Notes: generated by a model not told the origin, from the letters alone. A stretch of DNA of 64,000 bases from Clostridia bacterium (GCA_017461235.1 JAFTYU010000009.1:8177-72176); one strand, 5' to 3'; shown: positions 53,512-63,905, numbered from the stretch's first letter. Numbers and translations are program-made.

Positions 53512-54866
53512 TGAAACGATTACCTGAAAAATATGCCGAGAGAATGAAAATTCTTTTAGGCGATGAGTTTGAAAATTATGTGAACTCGTTTAATGACAAG
53601 CCTGTCAGGGCTTTCCGCGTGAATACAGATAAAATTTCTGTTGAAGATTTTCTCAAAATCAATCCGTTTACTACTAAAAAGATACCTTATGTTGAAAATG
53701 GTTTTTACTTTGAAGACGAAAAAATAGGCAATCACCCTTACCACCACGCGGGTATGATTTATGTTCAGGAACCCGGAGCAATGATGCCTGCGGAATGTAT
53801 TGATATAGAGCCTGATTGGCGTGTTCTCGATATGTGTGCCGCACCCGGCGGAAAGAGCACACAGTTGAAGAATAAGCTTGGCGAAAAGGGTATTCTTGTT
53901 TCGAACGAAATAGTGGCGTCAAGGTGTAAAATCCTTACGGGAAATATTGAAAGACTTGGACTTAAAAATGTTGTTACAACCTGTATGGATACAAAAAAAC
54001 TTGCGAGAATTTTTCCTGAAACCTTTGATCTGGTTATGGTTGATGCCCCTTGTTCGGGCGAAGGAATGTTCCGTAAGGAAGAAGTTGCCATTGATGAGTG
54101 GAGTCCCGAAAATGTGGAAAATTGCACCGTAAGGCAGGCAGAAATTTTAGAAAACGCCGTTAAAGTTTTAAAAGACGGTGGCTATATAATATATGCAACC
54201 TGTACTTTTTCTTTGGATGAAAACGAAAAAACGGTGGATGAATTTTTGCAGAATCACCCCGATTTTGAACTGGTGAGAGTAAAAAAATCAGTGGAAAAAA
54301 ATACGTGTGACGGCATAAGCTTTGAGGGCTGCGTAAGCAAAAATATTAATTATACAAGGCGGTTTTATCCGCATAAAAACAAGGGTGAAGGACAGTTTGC
54401 CGCAGTGCTGCGCAACACCGTTTCTTCAAGAAAAAGCACGCCTTTCAGATGTAATAATAAAGGTAAAATTGATAAAGCTGTTTATGATTTTCTTGACAGT
54501 ACACTTAAAGGCTATGAAAAGGAAAAAGTGTTGATGCACAAGGAGACACCCGTGTATTTTACCCCTGATTTTTCTGTTGATAAAGCTACGGCCTTCGCGT
54601 GCGGGGTTACTATCGGAGAAATAAGAAAAAACTATATTTTACCCCATCATCAGTTTTTTTCGGCTATGGGTGACGATTTTAAAAGAAAAATAAATCTTGC
54701 ACCTGAAAGTGATGAGTTGAAAAAGTATCTTCACGGTGAAGAATTTGAAACCGACTGCGAAAACGGTTGGGCAGTAGTTTGCGTTGACGGGTGTACTCTC
54801 GGGGGAGTTAAGGTAGTCAACGGCAGAGCAAAAAATCATTATCCCAAAGGACTAAGGATGAAATAA
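53511..54866 (+). CDS. RsmB/RsmF-family rRNA cytosine-C5 methyltransferase
   Basis: DMCAAPGGKSTQ, VDAPCSGEGMFRK and ATCTFS motifs. Confidence 0.85.
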   Translation: MKRLPEKYAERMKILLGDEFENYVNSFNDKPVRAFRVNTDKISVEDFLKINPFTTKKIPYVENGFYFEDEKIGNHPYHHAGMIYVQEPGAMMPAECIDIEPDWRVLDMCAAPGGKSTQLKNKLGEKGILVSNEIVASRCKILTGNIERLGLKNVVTTCMDTKKLARIFPETFDLVMVDAPCSGEGMFRKEEVAIDEWSPENVENCTVRQAEILENAVKVLKDGGYIIYATCTFSLDENEKTVDEFLQNHPDFELVRVKKSVEKNTCDGISFEGCVSKNINYTRRFYPHKNKGEGQFAAVLRNTVSSRKSTPFRCNNKGKIDKAVYDFLDSTLKGYEKEKVLMHKETPVYFTPDFSVDKATAFACGVTIGEIRKNYILPHHQFFSAMGDDFKRKINLAPESDELKKYLHGEEFETDCENGWAVVCVDGCTLGGVKVVNGRAKNHYPKGLRMK

Positions 54867-55043
54867 CGCGTAATTCGTAATTATCGGATTCCCAACTGAA
54901 AAATTCTCGTTACTTTTACAAAAAAGTGGCGGGAATTTTTTGATATTAAGTATTCACATTTTTACATATATATGATATACTATGTTATGTATATATAATA
55001 GGAAAATTGGGTACTTATGTATTAAAACGGAAGGACATATTCA

Positions 55044-55805
55044 ATGGCTAAAATCATTTCAATCGTTAATCAGAAGGGTGGCGTGGGTAAAACCACAAGT
55101 GCCGTGAATCTGGCGGCTGCGCTTGGTGCGCTGGGTAAAAAGATACTTCTTGTTGACATTGACCCTCAGGGTAATACAACAAGCGGTTACGGCATATCAA
55201 GAAAAAATCTTGCCGCAACATCCTACGAGCTTCTCATAGGCTCGTGTAGTGCTGCCCAAGCGATTATTGCAACTAAATTTCAGGGTGTTGATATAATCCC
55301 TTCCAATATCAATCTTGCGGGTGCGGAGATTGAACTTGCAGTTATGGACAAGCGTGAAACTCTTCTCAAGAACGCTCTTGCCACAATTCAGGAAAATTAT
55401 GATTTTATTTTCTTCGATTGTCCGCCTTCTTTGGGGCTGATTACTCTTAATGCCCTTACCGCATCCGACAGTTTTATAGTTCCCATTCAATGTGAATATT
55501 ACGCACTTGAAGGTCTTTCACAGCTTATGGCAACCGTGCGTACCATAAAAAGACTTTACAATCCTTACATAGAGCTTGAAGGTGTGCTCCTTACAATGTA
55601 CGATGGCAGACTTAACCTTACCCAACAGGTTGTTGCGGAGGTTAAAAACTTTTTTCCGAAAAAGGTTTATGCCACGGTTATTCCACGTAACGTAAGGCTT
55701 TCAGAGGCGCCTTCGTTCGGTGAACCGGTTATTTATTATGACCGTGCATCAAGAGGTAGTGAGAGTTATATTGCTCTCGCCGAAGAATTTTTGAAAATGA
55801 ATTAA
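55044..55805 (+). CDS. soj: chromosome partitioning ATPase ParA/Soj
   Basis: NQKGGVGKTT and DCPPSLG, followed by parB. Confidence 0.9.
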   Translation: MAKIISIVNQKGGVGKTTSAVNLAAALGALGKKILLVDIDPQGNTTSGYGISRKNLAATSYELLIGSCSAAQAIIATKFQGVDIIPSNINLAGAEIELAVMDKRETLLKNALATIQENYDFIFFDCPPSLGLITLNALTASDSFIVPIQCEYYALEGLSQLMATVRTIKRLYNPYIELEGVLLTMYDGRLNLTQQVVAEVKNFFPKKVYATVIPRNVRLSEAPSFGEPVIYYDRASRGSESYIALAEEFLKMN

Positions 55806-55816
55806 GGTGAAAATAG

Positions 55817-56677
55817 ATGGCAGTAAAAAAATCAGGGCTCGGCAGAGGTATTGATGTGATTTTTGCAGATAATTCCGTTGAAGATATTTCAGCTTCTGCA
55901 AGCGCGGTTAAGATTAAGCTTATTGATATTGAGCCAAACCGCGACCAACCCCGAAAACAGTTTGATGAGGATGCTCTCGCAGAGCTTGCGGACAGCATTG
56001 CTCAACACGGCGTGCTTCAGCCGTTGCTTGTGCGCCCTATGCCCGATGGCGGATATCAGCTTGTTGCAGGTGAACGCCGCTGGCGTGCATCAAGGATGGC
56101 AGGCATTACTGAGGTTCCCGTTGTTATAAAAGACCTTACGGATGTTCAGGTCGCTCAACTCGCTCTTGTTGAAAACATTCAGCGTGAAGACCTGAATCCT
56201 ATGGAAGAAGCCAACGGATATAAAGAGCTTTCCGAAAAATACGGATACACGCAGGAAGAAATTTCAAATATAGTGGGACGTTCGCGTTCCGTTGTCGGTA
56301 ATGCGTTGCGTCTGCTTACACTTCCTTCTGAAGTGAAGGAGCTCGTTAATGAAGGTAAGCTTTCCGCAGGTCACGCAAAGGCAATTCTCAGTGCAACCGA
56401 TAAAGAATATCAGGTGGAGCTTGCAAGACTTGTTGTCAAAGAGGATTTGTCCGTCAGAACAACCGAGAGACTTGCAAGAAAAGCCGAAAGCGAAAACAAA
56501 ACGGGCAAAAGAATCAAAAAACGAAATCCGTATTACGATGAAGTTGAGCTTGCTCTTTCCGATGTTCTCGGAAGACAGGTCAAGGTTACCAAGTCAAGCA
56601 AAAAAGGCTCTTTGGAAATTGAGTTTTTTGATGATGATGACCTTAAAAAGCTTTTGAAGATTTTTGATAATGAATAA
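55817..56677 (+). CDS. spo0J: chromosome partitioning protein ParB/Spo0J
   Basis: PNRDQPRK, GVLQPLLVRP, GERRWRA and an HTH segment. Confidence 0.9.
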   Translation: MAVKKSGLGRGIDVIFADNSVEDISASASAVKIKLIDIEPNRDQPRKQFDEDALAELADSIAQHGVLQPLLVRPMPDGGYQLVAGERRWRASRMAGITEVPVVIKDLTDVQVAQLALVENIQREDLNPMEEANGYKELSEKYGYTQEEISNIVGRSRSVVGNALRLLTLPSEVKELVNEGKLSAGHAKAILSATDKEYQVELARLVVKEDLSVRTTERLARKAESENKTGKRIKKRNPYYDEVELALSDVLGRQVKVTKSSKKGSLEIEFFDDDDLKKLLKIFDNE

Positions 56678-56705
56678 TTGAATAAATAAGGGAGAAGGAA
56701 TAAAA

Positions 56706-57992
56706 ATGATAGATATTAAATTTTTGAGAGAAAACCCTGATGTTGTAAAACAGAACATCAAAAATAAATTTCAGGATAAAAAGCTTGCTCTTGTTGACGA
56801 GGTTATAGAGCTTGATGCACAGAGCCGTAAAATTAAAGGCGAAGCAGATAATCTTCGTGCTTCAAGAAACAAAAACAGTAAAATGATAGGTGCTCTTATG
56901 GCACAGGGCAAAAGGGACGAAGCCGAAGAAATGAAGGCTAAAGTTGCCGCCGATGCCAAGCGCCTTGCAGAGCTTGAACAGCAGGAAGCAGAGTTTGCTA
57001 AAAAAGTTAACGATATTATGATGGTTATTCCCAATATTATCGACCCGACTGTTCCTATCGGTAAGGATGACTCCGAAAACGTTGAGATTGAACGCTTCGG
57101 TGAGCCCGTAGTTCCCGAGTTTGAAATCCCTTATCACAGAGAAATTATGGAAAGCTTTGACGGTATTGATCTTGACAGCGCCGCACGTGTTGCAGGTAAC
57201 GGCTTCTATTATCTTTGCGGGGATATTGCAAGACTTCATTCAGCGGTTATTTCATACGCTCGCGATTTTATGATTGACCGTGGGTTCACATATTACATTC
57301 CGCCCTTTATGATTCGTTCAAACGTTGTAACAGGTGTTATGAGCTTTGCCGAGATGGATGCTATGATGTATAAGATAGAAGGTGAAGACCTTTACCTTAT
57401 CGGAACAAGTGAACATTCTATGATAGGTAAGTTTATTGATACAATCGTTCCCGAAGAAAAGCTTCCGCAGACTCTTACAAGCTATTCACCTTGTTTCAGA
57501 AAAGAGAAGGGCGCTCACGGTATCGAGGAACGCGGTGTTTACCGTATTCACCAGTTTGAAAAGCAGGAAATGATAGTTGTTTGTAAGCCTGAAGAAAGTC
57601 CCTACTGGTTCGATCAGCTCTGGAAAAACACAGTTGACCTTTTCCGTTCTCTTGACATACCCGTAAGAACTCTTGAGTGCTGCTCGGGTGACCTTGCTGA
57701 CCTTAAGGTTAAATCGGTTGACGTTGAAGCATGGAGCCCCAGACAGCAGAAGTATTTTGAAGTCGGCAGTTGCTCAAACCTTTCTGATGCACAGGCAAGA
57801 AGGCTTAAAATCCGTGCGGGCGGTAAGGATAAAAAATACTTCCCCCATACACTCAACAACACTGTTGTTGCTCCGCCCAGAATGCTTATTGCGTTCCTTG
57901 AAAACAACCTTAATGCAGATGGTAGTGTGAATATCCCCGAAGCATTGAGACCCTATATGGGCGGTAAGGAAAAGCTTATACCGAAGGCATAA
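56706..57992 (+). CDS. serS: seryl-tRNA synthetase
   Basis: N-terminal coiled-coil arm (MIDIKFLREN) and class II motifs (FRKE...; TLNNT). Confidence 0.95.
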   Translation: MIDIKFLRENPDVVKQNIKNKFQDKKLALVDEVIELDAQSRKIKGEADNLRASRNKNSKMIGALMAQGKRDEAEEMKAKVAADAKRLAELEQQEAEFAKKVNDIMMVIPNIIDPTVPIGKDDSENVEIERFGEPVVPEFEIPYHREIMESFDGIDLDSAARVAGNGFYYLCGDIARLHSAVISYARDFMIDRGFTYYIPPFMIRSNVVTGVMSFAEMDAMMYKIEGEDLYLIGTSEHSMIGKFIDTIVPEEKLPQTLTSYSPCFRKEKGAHGIEERGVYRIHQFEKQEMIVVCKPEESPYWFDQLWKNTVDLFRSLDIPVRTLECCSGDLADLKVKSVDVEAWSPRQQKYFEVGSCSNLSDAQARRLKIRAGGKDKKYFPHTLNNTVVAPPRMLIAFLENNLNADGSVNIPEALRPYMGGKEKLIPKA

Positions 57993-58065
57993 GTTTTTTA
58001 ATGCAAAATGCAGAATTCAAAATGCAAAATTAAGGGGATGCTTCGCATCCGATTCAGGTAATTTT

Positions 58066-58887
58066 ATGTATAAAAACAAGAATGATAATTTTAATGACCG
58101 TAAGAGAAAATTTGATGGTCAGAGAGATGATTTTACAGAAAAAGAAACCCAAAATGAAAAAGATATAATTTTCGGCAGAAATTCCGTTGCAGAAGCCATA
58201 AAAGCAGAACGTCCCCTTGACAGTGTTCTTGTTGCAAAGGGCGAACGCTCCGGCTCTGTGCCTAAAATTCTTGCAGATGCCAAAAACGCAGGTATCCCCA
58301 TTAAGGAAGTCGACCGAAAAAAGCTTGATTATCTCTGCGGTCACGCAAATCATCAGGGTATCATTGCGGTAGGTGCCGTCAAAGCCTATTCAACAGTTGA
58401 TGATATTTTTGCCAGAGCCGAAGAAAAAGGCGAACCGCCTTTCATAATCGTTTGCGACGAGATTGAAGATCCACACAATCTGGGCGCAATTATCAGAACG
58501 GCAGAGGCGGCAGGTGCCCACGGCGTAATAGTTCCCAAAAGGCGCAGTGCTCCCTTGAGTTTTGCAGTTGCCAAAACTTCTGCAGGTGCAGTCGAGTTTA
58601 TGCACGTTGCCCGTGTTACAAATATTCCGCAGACTCTTGATGAACTCAAAAGCAAGGGTGTATGGATTTACTGTGCCGATATGGACGGTGAAACCTTCTA
58701 TAATGCCAATCTTAAAGGTTCGGTTGCGCTGGTTATCGGTTCTGAAGGTAAGGGTGTGGGCAGACTTGTTAAAGAAAAATGCGACGTAGTTCTTTCTATG
58801 CCCATGAAAGGGCAGATAAACTCGCTTAACGCATCTGTTGCCGCCGGCATTTTAATGTACGAAATTTCTAAACAACGGGATATTTAA
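58066..58887 (+). CDS. rlmB: 23S rRNA (guanosine-2'-O)-methyltransferase RlmB (TrmH/SPOUT group 3)
   Basis: GRNSVAEAI, HQGI, DPHNLGAIIRTA, GSEGKGV and SLNASVAAGI. Confidence 0.85.
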   Translation: MYKNKNDNFNDRKRKFDGQRDDFTEKETQNEKDIIFGRNSVAEAIKAERPLDSVLVAKGERSGSVPKILADAKNAGIPIKEVDRKKLDYLCGHANHQGIIAVGAVKAYSTVDDIFARAEEKGEPPFIIVCDEIEDPHNLGAIIRTAEAAGAHGVIVPKRRSAPLSFAVAKTSAGAVEFMHVARVTNIPQTLDELKSKGVWIYCADMDGETFYNANLKGSVALVIGSEGKGVGRLVKEKCDVVLSMPMKGQINSLNASVAAGILMYEISKQRDI

Positions 58888-58915
58888 TATACGTTGATTT
58901 TTGTGAGGATTGAAA

Positions 58916-61417
58916 ATGGCTGACGAACGAAAAAATTCGAGAAAATGGTCTTTGGAAGAAATCGATGAACTGCTTCAGGACAGTGGTATGGTTCCCCGTG
59001 GCGGTGATGCACTCGAATTTGTTGAAGAAATTGAGCATACTCCTAAAGCTGTTTCCTTCAACCCGAGACCTGCACATAACGAGAATATTGAGCACCGTAT
59101 AAAAAAAGAGACGGTTGAGCGTTCTGACAGCGTTGCAGAACCTCAGGTTTACGGTACATTTGTCAGCGAAAAGTATCGTAACCGCTTTTTTAACAAACCT
59201 ATGCAAAATCTTGAAAAAACCGCAGAGCACCGTATTGTGCCGCCTGAGGAACAAAAGTATGAGCGTGGCGGTTTTGTTAAAAAGAAAAGCAATTTTACAA
59301 ATACGGCGGATTTTTCGCCTGTGCCGAACCTTGTACCTGATTATAAAGCAGGTGAAGACCCTGCAAGCGATAAAACGGTTGTTTTTGATGATAAACAACA
59401 CACAAAAACAATAGGGCTCCGTTCTCTTGCCGTTACTGACGGCGATGCTCACGATATTGAGTTACCCGCTGAAAATGACGATGCACAGCTTACTTTTGAA
59501 GGATTTCATAGTGAACCTGCGGAGATTGTTGATGAAAGGGAAGTTGAAGCAGAGCTGCTGAAAAAAAGAAAAGAGAAGGCAAGTAAATTTACCGTTACGA
59601 GTGAGCCTGAAGAAGCCGAAGGTGATGAGCCCGTAAAAAAATACGGTACTGACGAATACCGTATGCCTGACGATAAATTTAAAGTTGCATATTATTTAAG
59701 AAAACAAAAAAACACGGCAATTGTGGGTGCCGTGATGTCATACATCTGTTTTGCGTTGCTGACAGTGATTTCACTTATAGCAAAAAATCTTGACACAGGC
59801 GGTACAATGCTTGTTGTAGCATCACTTATACTGACCATAGCTCCCTGTGCAGTTAATTTTAATTATATTCTTGAAGGGATAAAAGGTTTTAAAGGATTTA
59901 AGCTGAACAAAAATACCGGCGTTTTCCTTGCTGTAACGGCGGCACTTATTCAGGAGCTTGTGTTCTTGTTTTCTGAAGATCCCTTTGAAAAAGGGCTTAG
60001 CTTGTTTGCCGCAATATCTGTATTATCACTTGCGTTTAATCTTACTGCGAGTATTGTTGAAACCACACGTATAAGCGAAAATTTTGCCTTTATGACTGAA
60101 AAGGATGAGGTTTATTCCGTAGGTCCCATTGAACAGGGGGAAACTGCTTTTGAGATTGGCAGGGGTCTTCTTTTAGAAGAACCATCTGTGTTATCATCAC
60201 AAAAAACTCTTTTTCCCAGAAGGTTCATTGAACTTTCGGGCAAATATTATCCGTCGGATGATATAAGCAGAAAACTGATACCCATAAGTTTTGGTGTGTC
60301 TGTACTTGTGGGCTTGATTTCATTGATTATCACAAGGCATCTGCTTAGTGCGGTGACGGCTTTTACAGCTTGTTTATGTATCAGTTTACCGTATTTTTCG
60401 TTTATAGCGGATGCTATTGTAATAAAAAAGGTCTCAAAAAAGCTTCGCAACAAAGGCGGTATGATTGCCGGATGGGATGCGTTGAGAGTTTGTGAAAACG
60501 CAAATGCCGTTGCAGTTGATTCTGCTGATGTTTTCGACGAGAATGGCGGCAATGTTTACGGTATTCACCTTTTCTATGATATGGAGATAGATGAGGCGAT
60601 TATAAACACCGCCGCGCTGGTTATTGCATCCGGCGGACCCTTGGGTAATTTGTTCAAAAGAGTCATTGTAGGTGAGATTTCCTTGCTTCCGCCGGTTGAT
60701 ACATTGGCTTATGAAGATAAATTAGGACTTTCCGCATGGATTTTTAACAGACGTGTACTTGTGGGTAACAGTGATTTACTCAGAAATCACAATGTGGAAA
60801 TTCCCGATACAGCGCTTATCGAACGTCACCTGAGTGACGGCAGATATCCTTTGTACCTTGCCATCGACGGTAAAGCCGCCGCAGTATTCATCATTTCTTA
60901 TGATGTTAATGCATCCAATGGACGTCTTTTGAAAAATATTGAAAGCAACAGTATATCATTACTTGTGCGTTCCGATGATGCGAATATAACCGATGCTATG
61001 GTATCGAATAAGCTGAACTTACCCCTTAGCGGAGTCAAGGTTCTGTCTGCAGTATCGGGTGATTTGTATAAATCATACGAAGCCTGTACTACATCTGCGG
61101 CGGATGCACTTTTGTTGCATGACGGCAAAGCCAACAGTTTTTTGCAGTGTATAAAAAGTGCCCTTTCTCTGGGGGCATTCAAACAGATTATTCATATATT
61201 CCAACTCTGTGCCATGGGTATAGGGGTTGCTGTTGTGGCGGTTCTGGCGTTGGTTTCGGGGCTTGAACATCTTAACTGTATTCAATTGATGGTTATACAG
61301 CTGTTTTTCACTGCCGTCTCTGTGTTTACCCTTACGGGCAGTCACGCGGTGCATAACTTTGAACGCAAAGTACGTTCTACAAATCGTCGGCGTCCTGCAC
61401 GGGCTCGTCGCCGTTAA
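58916..61417 (+). CDS. degenerate P-type (P1B-like) ATPase homologue with a ~260-aa disordered N-terminal extension
   Basis: The TM core and a P/N-domain-like region align by eye to heavy-metal ATPases (VLVGNSDLL; AIDGK...). The DKTGT site reads DSADV (about 60518-60532) and no GDGxND is seen. Confidence 0.6.
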   Translation: MADERKNSRKWSLEEIDELLQDSGMVPRGGDALEFVEEIEHTPKAVSFNPRPAHNENIEHRIKKETVERSDSVAEPQVYGTFVSEKYRNRFFNKPMQNLEKTAEHRIVPPEEQKYERGGFVKKKSNFTNTADFSPVPNLVPDYKAGEDPASDKTVVFDDKQHTKTIGLRSLAVTDGDAHDIELPAENDDAQLTFEGFHSEPAEIVDEREVEAELLKKRKEKASKFTVTSEPEEAEGDEPVKKYGTDEYRMPDDKFKVAYYLRKQKNTAIVGAVMSYICFALLTVISLIAKNLDTGGTMLVVASLILTIAPCAVNFNYILEGIKGFKGFKLNKNTGVFLAVTAALIQELVFLFSEDPFEKGLSLFAAISVLSLAFNLTASIVETTRISENFAFMTEKDEVYSVGPIEQGETAFEIGRGLLLEEPSVLSSQKTLFPRRFIELSGKYYPSDDISRKLIPISFGVSVLVGLISLIITRHLLSAVTAFTACLCISLPYFSFIADAIVIKKVSKKLRNKGGMIAGWDALRVCENANAVAVDSADVFDENGGNVYGIHLFYDMEIDEAIINTAALVIASGGPLGNLFKRVIVGEISLLPPVDTLAYEDKLGLSAWIFNRRVLVGNSDLLRNHNVEIPDTALIERHLSDGRYPLYLAIDGKAAAVFIISYDVNASNGRLLKNIESNSISLLVRSDDANITDAMVSNKLNLPLSGVKVLSAVSGDLYKSYEACTTSAADALLLHDGKANSFLQCIKSALSLGAFKQIIHIFQLCAMGIGVAVVAVLALVSGLEHLNCIQLMVIQLFFTAVSVFTLTGSHAVHNFERKVRSTNRRRPARARRR

Positions 61418-61523
61418 GAGGGTTTCCGGTGTATGAACCGTTGACATCACTTTTAATGTTTTTGTCAATGTTGTTGTCGGCATCTATAACTTCTTGAACT
61501 TTACTTTTTTTACGGGATTCCAT
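61377..61523 (-). CDS. small acidic protein candidate (48 aa), absent from the ORF track
   Basis: GAGGTG lies 7 nt upstream of the ATG. Hand translation gives MESRKKSKVQEVIDADNNIDKNIKSDVNGSYTGNPLNGDEPVQDADDL. Its 3' end overlaps the convergent gene by 41 nt. Confidence 0.4.
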   Translation of the reverse strand: MESRKKSKVQEVIDADNNIDKNIKSDVNGSYTGNPLNGDEPVQDADDL

Positions 61524-61613
61524 AATATTTCACCTCGTAAATATTGTTCCGTAAATTGTAAAAAGTATTCTTGAAAATATATTTATGAATTCCAAAAGAG
61601 AGGATAAGATAAA

Positions 61614-62771
61614 ATGGAAAAGGTACGTTTAGGTATTATCGGTGTAGGTAATATGGGTTCAAGCCATATTAAAAATTCACTTAAGGGTACAATGCCCGAG
61701 ATTGAAATTACTGCAGTTGCGGATATTAAACCCGACAGACTCGATTGGGCAAAAGAGCAGCTTCCGGAAGTTAAAACATACAACACGGCAACAGAGCTTA
61801 TGGATTCGGGTGAAGTTGATGCAGTTCTTATTGCAACACCTCACTATGACCATCCTCCTCTCGTAATTGAAGCTCTTGAAAAGGGTCTTCACGTTATGAG
61901 CGAAAAGCCTGCCGGTGTATATACAAAGCAGGTTCGCGAAATGAATGCAGTTGCAGATAAAAGTGATAAAACCTTCGCTATTATGTTTAACCAGAGAACG
62001 AACTGCCTTTACAGAAAAGCTCACGAAATAGTTCACAGCGGAAAATACGGCGAAATGAAGCGTGTTACCTGGATTATCACCGATTGGTACAGAACACAGT
62101 CATATTATAATTCAGGCGGATGGCGTGCAACCTGGTCGGGTGAAGGCGGCGGAGTGCTTCTTAATCAGTGCCCCCATCAGCTTGACTTGTGGCAATGGAT
62201 ATGCGGTATGCCGGAAAAGATTACTGCAGTTTGCCACGAGGGTAAATGGCATAATATCGAGGTTGAAGATGATGTTATGATTTATGCCGAATACCCAAAT
62301 GGTGCAACAGGTACATTCATTACTACCACAGGCGATTTCCCCGGTACAAACAGACTTGAAATAACCCTTGATAAGGCCAAGCTTATTTGTGAGGACGGTA
62401 AGCTTACCGTTTGTGAAGTCGCTCAGAGTGTAAGTGAATTTACTAAAAATGCAGGCGAAGGTTTCGGAAGAATCGATACAGAAACTTTTGAAGCAGAGCT
62501 CGACGGCAGAAACATACAGCATCCGGAAGTAATGAATAAATTTGCCGCGGCTATTCTTCGTGGCGAGGAGCTTACTGCATCGGGTCAGGAAGGTATCAAC
62601 GGACTTATGATTTCAAATGCGGCATTCCTTTCTTCATGGTTAGGTAAAACCGTCAGCCTTCCTATAGATGAAGAGCTTTTCTACAATATGCTTCAGGATA
62701 AAATTAAAAATTCTTCTTTTGTAAAAGAAGTAAAAGAAGTAGTAAATGAAGATATGGATTCAACATATTAA
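61614..62771 (+). CDS. Gfo/Idh/MocA-family NAD(P)-dependent oxidoreductase
   Basis: MEKVRLGIIGVGNMG Rossmann start and the EKP motif (MSEKPAG). Confidence 0.85.
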   Translation: MEKVRLGIIGVGNMGSSHIKNSLKGTMPEIEITAVADIKPDRLDWAKEQLPEVKTYNTATELMDSGEVDAVLIATPHYDHPPLVIEALEKGLHVMSEKPAGVYTKQVREMNAVADKSDKTFAIMFNQRTNCLYRKAHEIVHSGKYGEMKRVTWIITDWYRTQSYYNSGGWRATWSGEGGGVLLNQCPHQLDLWQWICGMPEKITAVCHEGKWHNIEVEDDVMIYAEYPNGATGTFITTTGDFPGTNRLEITLDKAKLICEDGKLTVCEVAQSVSEFTKNAGEGFGRIDTETFEAELDGRNIQHPEVMNKFAAAILRGEELTASGQEGINGLMISNAAFLSSWLGKTVSLPIDEELFYNMLQDKIKNSSFVKEVKEVVNEDMDSTY

Positions 62772-62792
62772 GATTTTAATTAAGGTGGAACT

Positions 62793-63899
62793 ATGACAAA
62801 CAAGTATTTCAGAATTTTACTTAGTTTAGGCGTTATATTGTGTCTTATCTGTGTGTCCTTTACGATAACAATGGCTGCACCGGATGAATCAGAAATAACA
62901 GAGGTAACAACAGAGTATGTTGATGAATCCGATGAAAACGATGATACAGAAGAAACATCTCAGTCTATAATCGTTGTGCCTAACACAACCAAGGAATCAA
63001 CAAAACCGCCTAAAACTACAAAAGAAGAAACAGAAATTGCAGAAACGGTAAACAGTAATAATAAAACAACAAAAAAAGAGACTACCAAAAGGGAAACTAC
63101 CGAGAAAACTGACGAAAAAACAACTGAAAACGAAGAGTCAACAGAAGAAGGTACAACACTTCCCGAAGGCTCATTTTACGTTTATCTTGAACTCAATAAC
63201 GGGCATGAACGCAGAAAAACAGTTCTTGAAAAACCCGGTCTTGTACCCCAACCCAATGAACCGACAAGAAAAGGATACGTATTTGTAGGTTGGTATGCCG
63301 ATGCGGCGTGCACAAAGCCCTGGAATTTTAAAAGCTCTGTTGCTGATGAAAATACTATTATCTATGCTAAATGGACGGCTGATCCCAATACCGTGGTTTA
63401 TAATATAACTGTTTCTGATATCGATGGCGGTACGATTGCGGTCAATCCTTCATCTGCCAGTGCAGGCGAACCCGTTATCATTACTGTTAAGCCCGAAAAA
63501 GGCAAGCGTCTTGTTTTAGGAAGTATAACCATAAACGGCAAAAACAGTGATGTTCTCAGCTTCATTATGCCTGCCGAAGATGTCGTTGTCGGCGCAAGCT
63601 TTGAAGACGTTCCCGAAGAGATAAAAACCGATGAAGGAATTTCTGTTGTGCCGTTTATAATCGGCGGTGCGGTGCTCATAGTGGCTATATTGATTATTGC
63701 AATTATTATCATTAAATATAAATCAAGACCCGCTGTTGTTGAATATGATGAAAATGGCGCGATTATTCTTGATGATGACGATGATGACGGATGGGTTGAT
63801 GATTCAATTGTTATCGAGGACGGTTTTGCTAACGGCAAAATAGTTCACGAAAGTGTTGAGCCCGATTTCGGAGTACCCGAAGATGATGAAATAATATGA
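62793..63899 (+). CDS. membrane-anchored surface protein with a Listeria-Bacteroides-type repeat
   Basis: N-terminal signal/anchor, a T/E/K-rich linker, GYVFVGWYADAACTKPWNF..., a C-terminal TM segment and an acidic tail. Confidence 0.6.
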   Translation: MTNKYFRILLSLGVILCLICVSFTITMAAPDESEITEVTTEYVDESDENDDTEETSQSIIVVPNTTKESTKPPKTTKEETEIAETVNSNNKTTKKETTKRETTEKTDEKTTENEESTEEGTTLPEGSFYVYLELNNGHERRKTVLEKPGLVPQPNEPTRKGYVFVGWYADAACTKPWNFKSSVADENTIIYAKWTADPNTVVYNITVSDIDGGTIAVNPSSASAGEPVIITVKPEKGKRLVLGSITINGKNSDVLSFIMPAEDVVVGASFEDVPEEIKTDEGISVVPFIIGGAVLIVAILIIAIIIIKYKSRPAVVEYDENGAIILDDDDDDGWVDDSIVIEDGFANGKIVHESVEPDFGVPEDDEII

Positions 63900-63905
63900 T
63901 AAAAA

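Noticed and set aside
58000-58065. Short AAAATGCA repeats and a GGATGC/GCATCC hairpin between serS and rlmB
   Set aside because: The hairpin is short and has no T-run, and the repeats are only three loosely spaced 8-mers. There is too little to call a regulatory element. No T-box is present upstream of serS either, since its leader is only about 28 nt.
58868-59452. 194-aa minus-strand ORF antisense to the 5' part of the ATPase-like gene
   Set aside because: It has an odd Cys/Arg/Phe-rich composition, no Shine-Dalgarno, and lies fully within a better sense ORF.
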